From contig OZ076409.1 of NCBI GenBank assembly GCA_964187785.1, positions 32,302,001-32,366,000 on the forward strand: a DNA stretch of 64,000 bases, read 5' to 3'. Position numbers and translations under genes: made by a program. The stretch comes from Amphiscolops sp. MND2022. Its lineage: Eukaryota. Shown here piece by piece: positions 36,231 through 49,601 of this stretch (the stretch's first letter is position 1; the number at the start of each line of letters is the position of its first letter). A model generated the notes under the pieces. That model did not search any database, was not told the origin of the DNA, and worked only from the letters and a program-made list of their open reading frames with translations.

Positions 36231-37253
36231 AACTGAACTAAATTTTGTAATTGAATTTCATTGGCTACTGAAATCCGAATGTGTTGGTTATTCACGAACA
36301 AAATTAGTCTGATCGGTAATTACGAATTTTGCATTTTTATTGGTCGAACGAATAGTTTTAATCGTCGTCCAATCAAATTGCAGTTCAGTCTGCTTTAAAT
36401 TCTTTTGTTCTTAATATCGATCGGTCATACTCACGACCATTGAAATTCGTCAAAAATTACTCATTAACCCAACCGTTGTCCAACAAATTCAATGAATTGA
36501 CCGTAACTATTCCTTCCTTATCGACATTATTCTTCAACTAGAAGTGAAATTGTCATAATGGGATAGTGTGAAATTGCTTGATATTGTCTGTGAAAAATTG
36601 TTAGATCCAGTCAGCAAAGCCAAATTTGACGAGAACCTGGCTAAAAACCCTGGACTAAAAATCCTTTCTGACATGGTCAAGGGAAACTTTTCTGATCGAG
36701 GAAACGTGTGGACTGCTGGTGATAGACATCTTCTTGATAGAGTTCCAATCCAAAACTGCTTTGTGGAACGTCTTTCAGCAGATACAAGGATATAGTGTCA
36801 TCCAGAAGGCAAAGTCTTACTGAGGACAATTTTGCAAAAAAGTTGTTTTGCCCTTGTAACTCTGATCTTTAGTAATTTCGCATATAAATTATTGCAAAAT
36901 TCAATGTTTGAAAGCACATATTTTCTTACATATTCGACTTATTTTAGGCACACATTATATTACATATTTTAAATTTTTAAGCACATTTTATTATCGGCTC
37001 TATTACTTACCAAATAGAGTGGGAGTAAAGAATGTTTATGATTGGTCGCGAGACAAACTGCGTAATAGCCGAATTTGTTTGCATGGCATTCTAGCATATC
37101 GGTCAAACAATTACGCCATGCTATACTCAATGTTGCCTAATAGCGCATGTGTGCTTTAGCGTAATTTTCTAGCTTTAAACTTTCAATTCTGTACGCGGGG
37201 CACAAAACATGTGCGTTATTCAGAATAACTTTTTCTGAAGGTTACATACACTA

Positions 37254-37927
37254 CAGTAGTGATCTTTCTAAAAGCAACAAAAGGCAAATCTCAAAAGCGA
37301 TTATCAATATCTCTAAAACAGCAGCGATTTTTGGAAAATGATAAAGGTGAAAGTTTCTTAGATTTTTATCTAGTTTACAAATATGTTTAGTTGAAGATTA
37401 TGCGATGAAAATTGTAGAAGTTACGATAGGCCATTTTTAGCCAAATTTAGGTCAAAATTGAGGTTTTTCTCACTTTTGGTCTACTTTTGCTCAAAATTTT
37501 GCAAAATAATATTTGAAATATTTTTCGTTCAATTGACCCCCCTGATTTAACTGAAGCCCCTGATATGTTTTGATTTAGAAATCATCTTAAAATCGTAGAA
37601 AAATACGGTGTAAAATTTAGACTTTTTTTCGAAAATACATGTATTAAGATATGATTTAGAAGTTTAACAACTTAAAACAAGCCCATACTAATGCAATTTA
37701 GAATATTTTCGAGAAAAAAATTTATTGTCAGATTCGAAATAATCGGGAGATTTTTTGTCGAAATTATTTTGAAATCAAAAAATCGTAAGTGAGTCAAAAA
37801 TCCGAAAAACTAAAGAATGATGTTTTGGAAATCGCTCTCGACCAATGAAATGAGCGCGTGAGACCTTGATCGGCCAATGAGATTTGCTTTCTTTCCGCGT
37901 GCTATGTTGCTTCTAGAATCACTACTG
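37254..37927. mobile_element. Non-autonomous Tc1/mariner-type element
   Basis: TA|CAGTAGTGAT...ATCACTACTG|TA; the TIRs extend imperfectly (TCTA.AAGCAACA). Confidence 0.72.
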
Positions 37928-38322
37928 TATTAACTCACTACTGAAGTTAAACTGTAATCATTAACTCCGAGCTGAATAGATAATATTGGTTTTTAGAAAG
38001 GGATTGATTGCGTAAAATGTTACCAGGAGTGGCATCAAGTGATGTAATAGCCAACTGTGTTCGATACAGATGATGGAGGAAGTCTGCTAGAGATGGAAGA
38101 ACCAAATCACCAAATTCACTACCAACATCTCATGCCACACAATTCTGCACCGCACAATCAACAAGTAACCACAGATCGTGCTTGTTTCTCATTACTCTTG
38201 AATACTTTTCATGATCACACTCTCACTTTGAGTTTTCTTTGGGGGCGGCCTTGATATGAATACTGTTAGTAAAAAATACTGTTTTTTTATCCCGACCTTT
38301 CAATGAAAATTTCAATTTTCTC

Positions 38323-40165
38323 AAAAACTGTCCATACTATTTTCAAAAAATTTTGCACAGTGGCTTTACACCCACAGTGCTCCTGCGTGCGCAATGGCGT
38401 CAAAATCGTATGACTGCGATGCGAAAAACGTAGCCAAAATTGACCAAAAACGCCCATTTTCGTACTTTTTTCAATTTTCTGAACTATCCATACGATTCGA
38501 ACGAAATTTTCTATTTCTTAAGTCATTCTACACCATATTAGAGTCCTATATGTGCAATGACATCAAAATTGTATGAGTGGGGGAATCCTCAAAAATTGTC
38601 CCCAGGGATGGGTAGGGCCCCTATCCCGAGATCGAGATGGAGCTAAATAACAACCTTATCCAAAACACGCACTTCTGAGTACGATCTCGAAAACTGTACG
38701 TATGATTCGAACAAAATTTTCTACAGTTGTTCTACACCATATTAGAGTCCTATACGTGCAATGGCATCAAAATCGTACGGCTGGGATGTGAGAAACATAG
38801 CAAAAATTAACCTAGGAATAGCCAAAGAAGTCATTTTTCGACTTTATTCGAATTTCTCAAAAACTGTCCATACGATTCGAACGAAATTTTTCTATTTCTA
38901 AAGTCATTCTACACTATATTAGAGTCCTATTTGTGGAATGGCATCAAAATCGTATGGCTGTGATGCGAGAAACATAGCCAAAATTAGCCCAAAAATGCTA
39001 AGAAAAGAGCCAAATTTTCGAAGAATGTCAAAATGGGAGTAAATTCTGCCCAAATTCGTGCCAATGAGACCATTTGGTTCTTTTGCTACTGTTTCAGCGT
39101 TCTAGCATTCCCCCGTTGAAAAATGACGAGACTTCAGATATTCGGAAAAAAACTTTTTCAACTCCAATTTTTTCCAACTTCAGGCCTCCCAAAGTTGAGA
39201 AACTTCCTTACAACTAGGATTAGAAAAGGATGCATGTGGAAAGTACTCGAATAGACGAGAAAAATGCGCTATAGTAGGTCTCTGTATCTTAACCTGACGT
39301 TGACTTATGAGTGTGAGCAGGATAAGGGGTTAAAATGCGAAAATTGAAAATGGAATTGTAAGTCTCATTAAAAACTCATCGGAAGACGTTCAATCAACTC
39401 CAAAGCTGTTCAATTGACGTTGTTTAGCGCACCAAAACCATGCAAAGTTTTTTCACCCATTTTGAAAAGTATAGAAAGCTGTATTAATTATCAGTTAACA
39501 AGAAATACCCAAGTACATTCTCATCACTACCGTCGGGGGAGACGAGAATGGACTCTTCAAAAGTCAAAAGATACTCTTTTCCCAAACTCTAAAACATCGA
39601 ATGTCATGCAGCCGACACGCAGGAAAACACAAAATTGTTTCCAGTACCTCCATGATTTTTTAATGTACCTTCTGTAAGAAACAGGTGCAGGAATTGCAGT
39701 GCTGCTAATAAGTGATCGTCCAGAACTGAGAACATATTCTAAAGCATGGAAAACGTTGAGACATTTGTCGTCATCAACCCATCCACTTGCTAACCCTGTG
39801 AGGACGTGCATCCGTCTTGGATCTGAGAAACAAAGCCAAAGTTAGCCCATAAATGGCCAAAAAAAGTCATTATTTGCAATCTTTTTTCGTTTTTCTCAAA
39901 AACTGTCCAAACGATTCGAACGAAATTTTTTCTACAGTCATTCTACACTATATTATGGTCCTTTGCGTGTAATTTCATCATATTCTATTGCTTGGATGTT
40001 AGAAACACAGCCAAAATGAACCCAAAAATGGCCAAAAAAACATTTTCGACTTTTTCGATTTCCGCAAAAACTGTCTATACTATTGGAACGAAATTTTCTG
40101 GTCATTTTACACCATATTATGGTCCTATATGTGCAGAGCGATCAAAATGGTATGACTGGGATTCG
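38323..40165. repeat. ~165-170-bp diverged tandem repeat: 4 units at 38323-39000 and 2 units at 39900-40165
   Basis: Recurring AAAACTGTCCATACGATTCGAACGAAATTTT...CATTCTACACCATATTAGAGTCCTAT...GGCATCAAAATCGTATG. Confidence 0.85.
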
Positions 40166-43100
40166 AGCGAGTCAGAAGGGAAAAGACCTAAGGAAACTCC
40201 TTTAGTTCTAAGCAAAACCTCCTAAGCAAAAGAATTCAGTTTACGAAAATATTGTTTTCAAAAACAAATGAGCTATATCCGAACTTTTGATGTTGTACCC
40301 GAACTGAAACATTGCACACAAGGAAGAAAGCGGGTCTGTTTTCAAATCTTTCCTGTTTCCAGTGTTCTTTCTTTCGATATTGAACTTTACTGAGAGGGTT
40401 TTGCGAATAGCTTACGTAAGAGAAGGAAGGTGAGCTAGATGCGCTCTTTTTTGCTTGGAGTTGAGTTGGTACGGCTGACACAGAGATTTGAACAGCTGTA
40501 CAATAAATGTGAAGTTCGAAAAAACTCAACTTCTCGCCCAGAAACCTGCATGAAGGTCGTGTTTTCTTCAGAATTTGTTGAATTCTAGTCAGTTGCCTAG
40601 GAAGCTAGATCTCAATGAAGAAGTCGCTTTGAATGACGAGATGAATGGCTAAAACATTTCGTCGGTGGAAAATTGAATCAAGCCCGAAGCATCCACGTGA
40701 ATACTTCATAAGGTGAACAACTTGTCTTTGATTGTGTTATCGGAAGAAAAGTAGTGTGAACCCAGTGGTTCGATCGCTCGATACATTTCAGACGAGTATG
40801 GTGTCTAGCTACAGGACTAATCTCTCAGGCCACTCCGCCTGCCTGATCCCAAGTTTTCGTCACAACGTTATCGCACTAATTTCTACACAATGAGCACACG
40901 GTTTTAACTAAAAAGGTCCCATTTTGTGGTATATAGTTCTGGTAGAAAGCGAAGATGTTTTGAAGAGTTTGGAAAGTGGTTGTAAGTTGCTTGTGATGTA
41001 GCGTTTTGGAGTACATGTTCAGAAAATTTTCTTTAAAAACTGTTGAAAGAATTGTTTCAACAATGTTGACCTTAACTGAAAAATGCATCGTTTTCAAAGT
41101 TTTGGGAAAACGAATTTTGCACCAGGATTTACAAAATTCATCTCACGGTTACAAACGAAAGTGCTAGCAAGGAAGACATCTGCTCGGCCACTCTGTTGAA
41201 CTATTCATCGACTCCTCATTTTAGCGGAATTCCACAACAGTATTCAGCCGTTGCGAGAAAAAATACTGCTAGTCTGTTTTCTCCTCTTTGTCAATCAAAA
41301 ATGCCAACAATAGCAGCAGCAACTCAACGTCTCAAAAGAATAGCCCAGCACTCCCAGCTTAACCAGAGTAATGGTACAGTGCAATTGCTGTATCAAGTCA
41401 GATGAATGTCGTATATAGCTGCAGGACAATTCAGACCACCGATCTTATTTGCTTTCAAGTTTTTCTTTTAAGCTTTCAAAACTTAATTTCTATTCAATGA
41501 GCGGAGACGCTACATCTTCCGATCTTTCTTTGTTCATTCTTCAAAACTCAGGAGCCCTGCGCTCATCCGGCAACCAGTCCGCGCTCATCGGCGTATGGCC
41601 TTCCATCTGCTCGTTTTGGAGTTGGTCGAAATGATTGTTTGGTTTCAGTAATTTGGCTGTTTCTGGGCTTAGTGGAATCAGTGGTGCAATCCTTCATTTG
41701 TTAACAACCTTACACCAACCAGAAAGGCTTGCTTGTGCATCATAAAAGACCAAGACAGAAGTCTTCACAGAGTTGAAAATATTTTAAAACTTTTTAAACC
41801 TTGAAAACGGTGTTGAAAGAAAACTTCATAGCACAAAAAAGAATGTTGCACATCACAAGTTGAACCTCCTCAGCCAATAATCAGTTAGTGCTTCTAAGCC
41901 CCTGAAATTGATCGCTGGAATCTTTTGAATTATGTATTTTGTTATGAGAAATACTTCAAAAGTAATTTCGATACTAATTGAGTGTTGATGATCGAGGTTG
42001 AAACGCTAAACTTTCATTTTTGATAGCAGGCTACGTTTTCGCTTGTGTGAAATATTTTAGTTCTACTACAACATCAAAAGTTCATGTTCACAGCTCTTCG
42101 GCTGAAATTATTGTAAGAATCTCATTGCACTTTCATGGCTCCTACGTCGATATTATTCCAAGTCAGAAACGTCAATTTTGATCTAGAGAAACCTGGTGTG
42201 GGTGCTTGCAATGTAAACAGCCTTTTCGACCAACGAATTAGTTCGACTGTTGAGCTTTAAGACTTTGAAAGTTTTCAACATGAGAGCCTAAAGCGTGCAC
42301 AGAAATCTTTTTAGAAAACTTGGGTTGTCAGCCATAAATTTTCACGAAACCGTTTCTAATTGAATCAGGTTTGATTTGATCAATTTCAAGAGCCGCTTGC
42401 TTCACTTCCGATAGATAACGCTGAAGTCTTCGGTTAATTTTGTGATTTTAATTATCAAGTAGATCAGAATCTTCAACATTCATTTTGTTTTGGAAAATAT
42501 TTGAGTTGTCAAGATGGTTTCAGTCGGTGTATATCTGATCTCGTTGAATCAACTCGCCCAGGTTTTTTTCAGTCCACGAGATTGTGGTTAGTTCACGAAA
42601 GGTATCTAGTGAAGTTCGAACGAAACAAAAGGTCGAAACTTGTTAAGATCGGAAAGCGAGACACATTCTTCCTGATATGATATATTCAGTTCCAATATAA
42701 CATCAAAAGTTTGAATAATAGCGCATTTGTTCTGTTGTAAACGTTATTCCCGTGAATTCATTCAAACCAAAACATCACGTGAAGGATTCCGAAACGGATT
42801 CAAATATTGAAAATGAAACTCAAAACATCTTGATCTGTTTTGTTGAAAAGGGTGACAAATGTGTGCCTCGAAAGTTTCCGAAATTTGATGACAGTTCAAT
42901 GAGATGAACATGACCGATTTTCTGTCAGAAATCACATTATCGCAAATTACTGATAAGCTAAGCGCTTGCTTCTGCAGCATAAAAAACCGAAAAGAGAAAT
43001 CTTCACTGAGTTGATACAAATACTTTCAAACATTCTAAATCTTGTGATGAAAATTGTGATGAAAGAAAACTCTATAGCACAGAAAATGAATAGTTTGCAC

Positions 43101-43302
43101 CTCGCCAGTTAAAAATCCACAATCAATAATTAGCTAAAACTCCTCAACCCCTGAAATAGTTCACTGGACTAATTTGCATTATGTATTTCCTAACTAGAAA
43201 TGTTTGAAATTCAACATGAATGTTGAACTTTTACGGGTACATGTGAAAGTTTATTTAGTTGATCATTAAGTGTTTGGATCGAGTTTGAAATGCTCAACTT
43301 CT

Positions 43303-45093
43303 TCATTGGTTTTGTTCTCCGAGTTTCCAGCACTTGCGGCACAGTGTGATAAATTCGTTTCCAATTGTTATTTCTTCTGGTTCCACTAATGTTCTATGCC
43401 TTGTGAAATAACTTTTCTCTTGCGAACACAGACCACAAACAGCTGTCAACATCTTAATTGATTCAACTTTGGGTTGGAGAATGAGAATTTCTTTGGAGCC
43501 CTCTTTGCGGTGAATCCCAATCAGTGCCGCGACGATGACAATTTTCCCTGCCATAGCCAATTTATTATTATTATTAAGAATTTACGCATAAGCGAAGGGA
43601 TTTCTCCTAATATGAGTTCAGAGATGGGGTTTCGAAGTCGACAAAAGTTACGAAGACAAATGAAAGTCCAGGTGCAGGTTGAATGGTCGGTGAAAAAGAT
43701 ATTGAAATAAATCCACGTGAGGTTCAGAATTCTTCCTTTTAGTCCTTCTGGTTTCCAGAAACACACTTTATTCCATATCAGATTTGCACGATGGCATGTA
43801 CGATACCAGTAATTGGACCGTTGCAGCTCGTATCTAATACTTGGTAAGATGAAGGGACCCTCGCGACTGGAAGGATTGATTTTTACGAAGTCGGAGATCT
43901 GACAATCAAATTTCCCGATTAGGATACTGGATGAGGTAAGTAGATCTTCAAGGACTTGAAAGTAAGTAATCGGGAGAACGTTCAAGTAGCATAAGGCCTG
44001 TGAATACGACTTCTGGGATAAAATCCATTTCAATAATTTCTTATTGAAGTTCTCTAACAATCTCAAGTCAGATTTTGACGGGTTCCAGCATTCGCTGGCA
44101 TAAAGAACAATAGGAAGAAATGTTGACTTGTAGAGATCCAGTCTTTTGAGCATTGACAGGGTTCTCGACGTGTTCCTCCGGCAAAACTGATAAAAACCAT
44201 GAGCTTTCTTGATTCTGTATTCGATATGGTTCGTCCATGATAACTTTGCGTTAGTGATGAGTCCGAGATCTTCAACGTAGTCCGGGGACTTCATTGCTTC
44301 CTCTCCGATGGTGAGATTAATTGGGCAGTTTCTAACGTTCAAGAAAAAAAAACATTTTTTTGCATTGAAGAAAAATTTATTGAAGGAACACCAACTTTCT
44401 AATCTTTTTAGGCAGTGCTCACGTGTGGTTCATTGTGAAGAAGTTTCAAGTCGTCTGCATAAGACAAACAGATACTGAAAAAGACCGAATCATGTAGGTC
44501 GTTCGCATAAATAAGAAACAACAAGGGGCCTACAATGGATCCTTGTGGAACCCCTGAAGTAACAGGTTCCAAAGCTGATACCGATCTGTTCACCTTGACG
44601 CTCTGCTTTCGTCCGTCCAAGTAATTTTCTAGAAGTCCAAGAAACGCAGAAGATACGCCCAACCGAGACACTTTCATGAGTAGGATCTCATGATCGATTT
44701 TATCGAAGGCTTTAGAGAAGTCAAGATAGCATAAACCAATTGGTCACATAATGCAACAATGTCATCAAAAAATTGTCCTTCGTCAATGCCTGAAACGAAT
44801 TCTGAGCAATCGTTCAGATAATAGGAATGAAAAAGCAATGTACCACAACTCACCTACGTCATATTGTGCAAGTGTATCATAAATTACATCCAGTGTCAAG
44901 GTCCCAATTGCTTCAAATGATTGCTCGTCGTAAGAAACAACATGCGTGGAGCTGTATCTCAAGTCACCTGCGAATTTGACGACGATGCAGGGTTTTTGGA
45001 GATGAATATATCGTTTAACCCGTCTGAGAAGCTCAGTCTTTTCCCGCTAAACATAGGCTCAATAATTGCTTCAATCGATCCGGATTTGTTCAT
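43303..45093 (-). pseudogene. TK1: Thymidine kinase (TK1/type II family) pseudogene with one intron, split by a LINE
   Basis: GSIEAIIEPMFSGK-TELLRRVKRY...YDV|[30 protein letters not shown]...LTAVCGLC...LCRKCW. GT-AG intron at 44790-44853; frameshift in the P-loop. Confidence 0.9.
43563..44735 (-). mobile_element. 5'-truncated CR1/L2-type LINE (RT 3' part)
   Basis: [32 protein letters not shown]...LSW..HI; (TAA)n tail; 6-bp TSD at 43557-43562 and 44736-44741. Confidence 0.92.
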
Positions 45094-46839
45094 TGTGCAT
45101 TTGTTCCGGGAATTCGTTTAACAGTGCTTATCGTCGAAAAGTGTACGTTAATAGAAACTGTTTCTATTGGAGTCAGGCTTGATTTTTTGAATTTCGAGAT
45201 ACGTTTGTTTCACTTTCAAAAGACAACGTAGAAATATTCAAATAATTCTGTGACAATATTGACTATTCAGATGATTAAAAACTTCAAATCTTGTTGAATC
45301 AATTCGCCCACGTTTCTTCACTCCACAAGATTGTGGTAAATTAGGGAAACGCAATCAGTATAGCTTAAACGGGAACACAACAAAAGATGGAATTCGACAA
45401 GTCCAGAAAGCAAGACATTCCTCCTGGAGTGTGAAATGTTTTAGTTTGGAATATCAGAAAAGTATGCATCTAGCTCACCTCTTATGTAAGCTATTCGCAA
45501 AACCCTTTCAGTGAAGTTCAATATCGAAAGAAAGAACACTGGAAACTGGAAAGATTTGAAAACAGACCCGCTTTCTTCCTTGTGTACAAGGTTTCAGTTT
45601 GGGTACAACATCAAAAGTTCGGATATAGCTCATTTGTTTTTGAAAACAATATTTTCGTGAACTGAATTCGAAAAATTTGAATTGGGACAAAACAAAAGCT
45701 CCATTCAGGTTGGATTTGAAAGAAGGCAACATTTTTGCTCGTGTTAGTTTTTTTAGTTCTAACATGACGTAATAGTTCAGATATAGCGCATTTGTTCTGC
45801 GGTGCACGATATTTCGGAAAACGCTCTTGCATTCTCGCTGAAGTTTAGAAAATTTCTCCATTTTAGACGTTTTTTCATTTTAAAACTTTCTGAGTTTTCA
45901 GATTTTGCTGTTCTTACCTCCTAGCTTAGATGCAATTCCTGCAGAAGTCTTTGTTACCTTATGGCAATGTTTACACTTTCATTGGACTACTGTATACATA
46001 CATCATTTTGATTCATTACAAAACTGTTGCAACGTATACCTCCATAATAATACTCTCCATAAATAATCCCTGATTAGCAAGTTACACTCAAGAAATAAAT
46101 AATAATGATGTTGATACCTCACGAAGGCTCACTCGGCTTTCTTAATCTCCTGAGAATCAAGTGTGAAATCAAAAAGACACTGTTGCTCCTATTCTCTAAT
46201 ATCTCTGACCATGGATGACTTTAATTTTGCGTTTATCAAAGTCTTTTCACATTTACTCGAGCATTAGTTCCATTTCAGTTGATGGGACTCTGTGAAAGTA
46301 TTCGTCCATTTTATTTACAACTGGAATTCTATCACATGTCATGGGTGTCAAGTTATCAGTGTTCGGTGATGGTACCAAAAATTGAAAACTTCGCAGTCTT
46401 TCGAAAGGATTCTGTGTGCCGTTGTTTTGCCAATCAGCGTAGAATTTTTCATACCTTTGTTCGACTTGAAGTTTTCCCCGATAAATTTTAAGTTCCGAAT
46501 CAGCAGACTTTGTTTATTTCTAGTTTCCAGTAAAAAAAAAAAAGGAAGTGCCAAATATCCCTGGTTTGCTCAATCACAACGCTATTCAAATTTTCGCTCC
46601 GAAAATATGCATGCTCTCTTACTTTCATATTTTGATTTTAGATAGAAATCGGTCCAAGTTTTATTCGTTTGATTTTCTCAGTTTGTTATCTCGTGAAATC
46701 GACTTTGTGTGTACTAAATGTCAACCACTTGTCAATGGCGAACCTATTTACTTCATTGTGTGATCGGTTGTCATATGGTTGTCGCTATCAGCTGATAATT
46801 CTAGCTTCAAACTTTCTACAGTAGCAAAAATTGAAAAGG

Positions 46840-46876
46840 ATTCAAAATCTACCTAAACCCCCCTTTACTCACTACT
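46840..46876 (-). repeat. Isolated Maverick-like terminus (right-facing)
   Basis: Reverse complement AGTAGTGAGTAAAGGGGGGTTTAGGTAGATTTTGAATCC resembles the 56005 terminus. Confidence 0.55.
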
Positions 46877-47492
46877 GCTAGCATTTTACATGGGGATTTC
46901 GTTCATTCTCTATTTTACCCATTAAGGGACTTAATAAGTATAATCGCCTTAATTAGCAGATTCTCTTGATAATAATTTTATCGGTTAAAATCGAAACTCG
47001 AGTAAAAATCGAAAACCGAAAACGTAATCCCCAATCTTTGCGAAAATTATCTATGTCCCACGTAATAAGATAGCTAATGAAATTAAATAATAGAAAACCC
47101 CTTTCCAAAACTATATAATACCAATTATCTTGATATAAAATAGTTGAATGTCTTCAGTAAATGAAGAAGTACCTGCCTAATAAACAAAAGTTCGAAATTA
47201 TGTTCCAAATGTTACAAAATTGTCCAAAATGATATCCCATATGCCAATTCATAGTAAATACAATCAATGAAAAATTAAATTAGGGAAGTTTCTTCATTAT
47301 TTGCAAACCTACATTTCAAGTGCCCAACAAAACTCTGGAATGTTTGTTCAATTTATTTTCAAATAACTTGGATGATAGCAAAAATCAGCTAGTTTTGTTT
47401 TGGTCCAATTCTTTTTTTTACAAAGGTTCAGTTTATTTCTTACACTATTGTACGTAATGATTAGATAAGATGGGGGTAATTTGAATGTTCAG

Positions 47493-48314
47493 ATGAATGT
47501 ACAAAACGACGTTGGAGCGATGGCCAATTTAGAAATAACCTCGAGTGAGGGCTACATGAACATAGGTCCGTTCATGGAATACAGTACCGTAGTTGCAGCT
47601 GGAGCACATGCCAACAACAGTGCAAGTCAGGGCAACATTGGTTTTTCTCAAAACATGAACATTTCTACCTCAGTGGCTGCTGTCACCGTGGTCACTGCAC
47701 CTGTCGGTGCTCAATCCTCTGTAGGGGCTGCTGCTGGGGCAGAAGTTGACATTCTACAAGCTGCTCTTCACTTGGCTGATATCTCAGAGGAAGAACTCAA
47801 GGCAGAAGAATTGCATACCTCCCTCTACCCCATGCAGGAATCTCACGACATGCTGCCTTTGGTTGTCAGTGAAAGTGGCGGCCGCGATGCTCAGATTGAG
47901 AAATCTTACTCATCTGAGGTCCAAAGTCACATGGTCATAGCAAGTTCAGGACATTGTAATGCACAAATGTACAACCAGCCGCCCAGTGGAACTCTGAATC
48001 AAAACTTAATGTCTGTAAATGTGAATGATAGCCAAGCGATGATGAGCCAGCAGAGACCGACTGTTGTTATGTCAGCCCAGATCCAGCCTTCTTTCCAGGC
48101 ACCTCAGCTTGCTCCGAGGAGTCAGCCCCCGACTACTGCCAAGTCTTCAAACTCGAGGAAACGCAAAGCTTCTTCGAACCAATCAAGTGCTTCGTCACCT
48201 AATGGTCTTTCAACCCCGCGGCCTCGGGGTAGGCCAAAAAGCCCTAAAGGTCAGCCTAAAAACACACCAAAGAAGAAGCCCCAGCCATTCATATCAACCT
48301 ATAATGGACAAAAA
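47493..48314 (+). CDS. AT-hook low-complexity host protein, exon A
   Basis: TTCAG|ATG start, donor AAA|GTTAGT (phase 0); AT-hook TPRPRGRPK. Confidence 0.8.
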
Positions 48315-48771
48315 GTTAGTAACTGCCTCTTTTTAGTCGGCGTTTTTCGTGTTTTTTTTTCGATATACCTGAAGCGACCAACAGTTTTACCAAGAGTTCT
48401 AGAAAATTTTAAGGTACTACAAAATTGTACCTGTAGGCCCGGGGAACTGAACCAAAAAGGTTTTTCATTTTGTCCCGCGTAACACAATACCAGGGGAGAC
48501 TAAAGGATCCCCACCTTTCAGTTTTTTCGGCATTGAGACTTTTTTTTTCAAAAAAAATTTCACCAAAGGGTCCCGACGTGCGACACAATTGATGAAAAAT
48601 CTCCAAGGTGTCCCCCTTGGCGCACCAATGCGGTCCAACTTTTGGGTTTTTCGGGTACTGTAGAAAAGAATAATTTGACACTTTGTCGGACTCCTTTTTG
48701 CTATTTTTGAGCCTTAGATATGGGCCGGTCCCGGCTTGTTTGATAGCGTACTATTCATTCACCATCATGTA

Positions 48772-49019
48772 ACTTTTTTCGCGGCTTTTACTTTTTTCCA
48801 AATATATATCAAAAAAGTCATAGAATAAAAAATTCTCTATATTATAAACAAATGCGGAAAAAATATTGTTGCGGAGCGAGGTAAGTATTTTCTTCAAGAA
48901 AATACTTACCTCGCTCCGCAACAATATTTTTTCCGCATTTGTTTATAATATAGAGAATTTTTTATTCTATGACTTTTTTGATATATAGTTTGCAAAAAAG
49001 TAAAAGCGGCGAAAAAAGT
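48772..49019. repeat. Palindrome with 92-bp perfect arms and a 1-nt spacer (centre 48895), imperfect out to ~123 bp
   Basis: 48803-48894 pairs exactly with 48896-48987. Confidence 0.95.
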
Positions 49020-49066
49020 GAAGCTTAAAAACTTTTTTTTTGATTAATACTACAAGTGTGTTTAAG

Positions 49067-49339
49067 GTAATGTATATTCCGGTGCCTTGCCCGCCCAACG
49101 GAGAAACCCCGGAAATGGGCTCAACGTCCGATGTTCTTCCACCTTCAGTTTTGTCTGCGGCCGCCCAATCTTTAGCACTGAATGGAACCAATTCTGCGAA
49201 AGGACCATCTGTCGTTGACTCAGCCACAGGACAAGCTAACTGCTGTCCCACTTCAATTTCTGATGGCTATATGTCTAAAAGCGTTACAAACACTCCGTCG
49301 CTGTTTCAAATGTCGCCTAGTGTAGAAATGAAGGCACTG
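49067..49339 (+). CDS. AT-hook host protein, exon B
   Basis: TTTAAG| acceptor, CTG|GTGAGT donor, phase 0/0, open frame. Confidence 0.8.
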
Positions 49340-49601
49340 GTGAGTGTCGCACTACCTTTCAAACATACAATTATAATTTTTACATAGTTTTCGAAAGTTG
49401 TTTTTGTACATTGTGAGAAATGAGGGGTCATTTCAATTGAAACACCGTCCGGATAGTTGCAATATTTAGTATTTTCATCAATTTTCCTACCCGGTTGCAG
49501 CAAAATTATGCATGCATTCATTCCTATTCAGAAATCTTGGATAATTTAATCTCGAATGTATCCGTTGATGAATTGCTGAAACATGGCATGAATGTTTTCA
49601 G

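Larger units (their letters stand above)
32586..37139 (+). mobile_element. Three tandem 3' fragments of a hAT-like transposon (32586-33072, ~34500-35289, ~36300-37139)
   Basis: KFDENLAKNPGLKIL...VPIQNCFVERSFSRYKVILSCRRQSLTEDNIAKVL (hAT C-terminal dimerisation-like); the last copy ends ...ATGTTGCCTA. Confidence 0.68.

Noticed and set aside
37255-37926. AGTAGT...ACTACT read as Maverick ends
   Set aside because: The context is TA|CAGTAG...CTACTG|TA, which fits a Tc1/mariner-type MITE.
43303-45093. TK as a direct viral gene
   Set aside because: It contains a canonical spliceosomal intron, which favours host origin.
28490-46876. One 18.4-kb Maverick bounded by the termini at 28490 and 46876
   Set aside because: The flanking 6-mers differ (ACTGCA vs GCTAGC), the TIRs are only loosely similar, and no Maverick genes lie near the right end.
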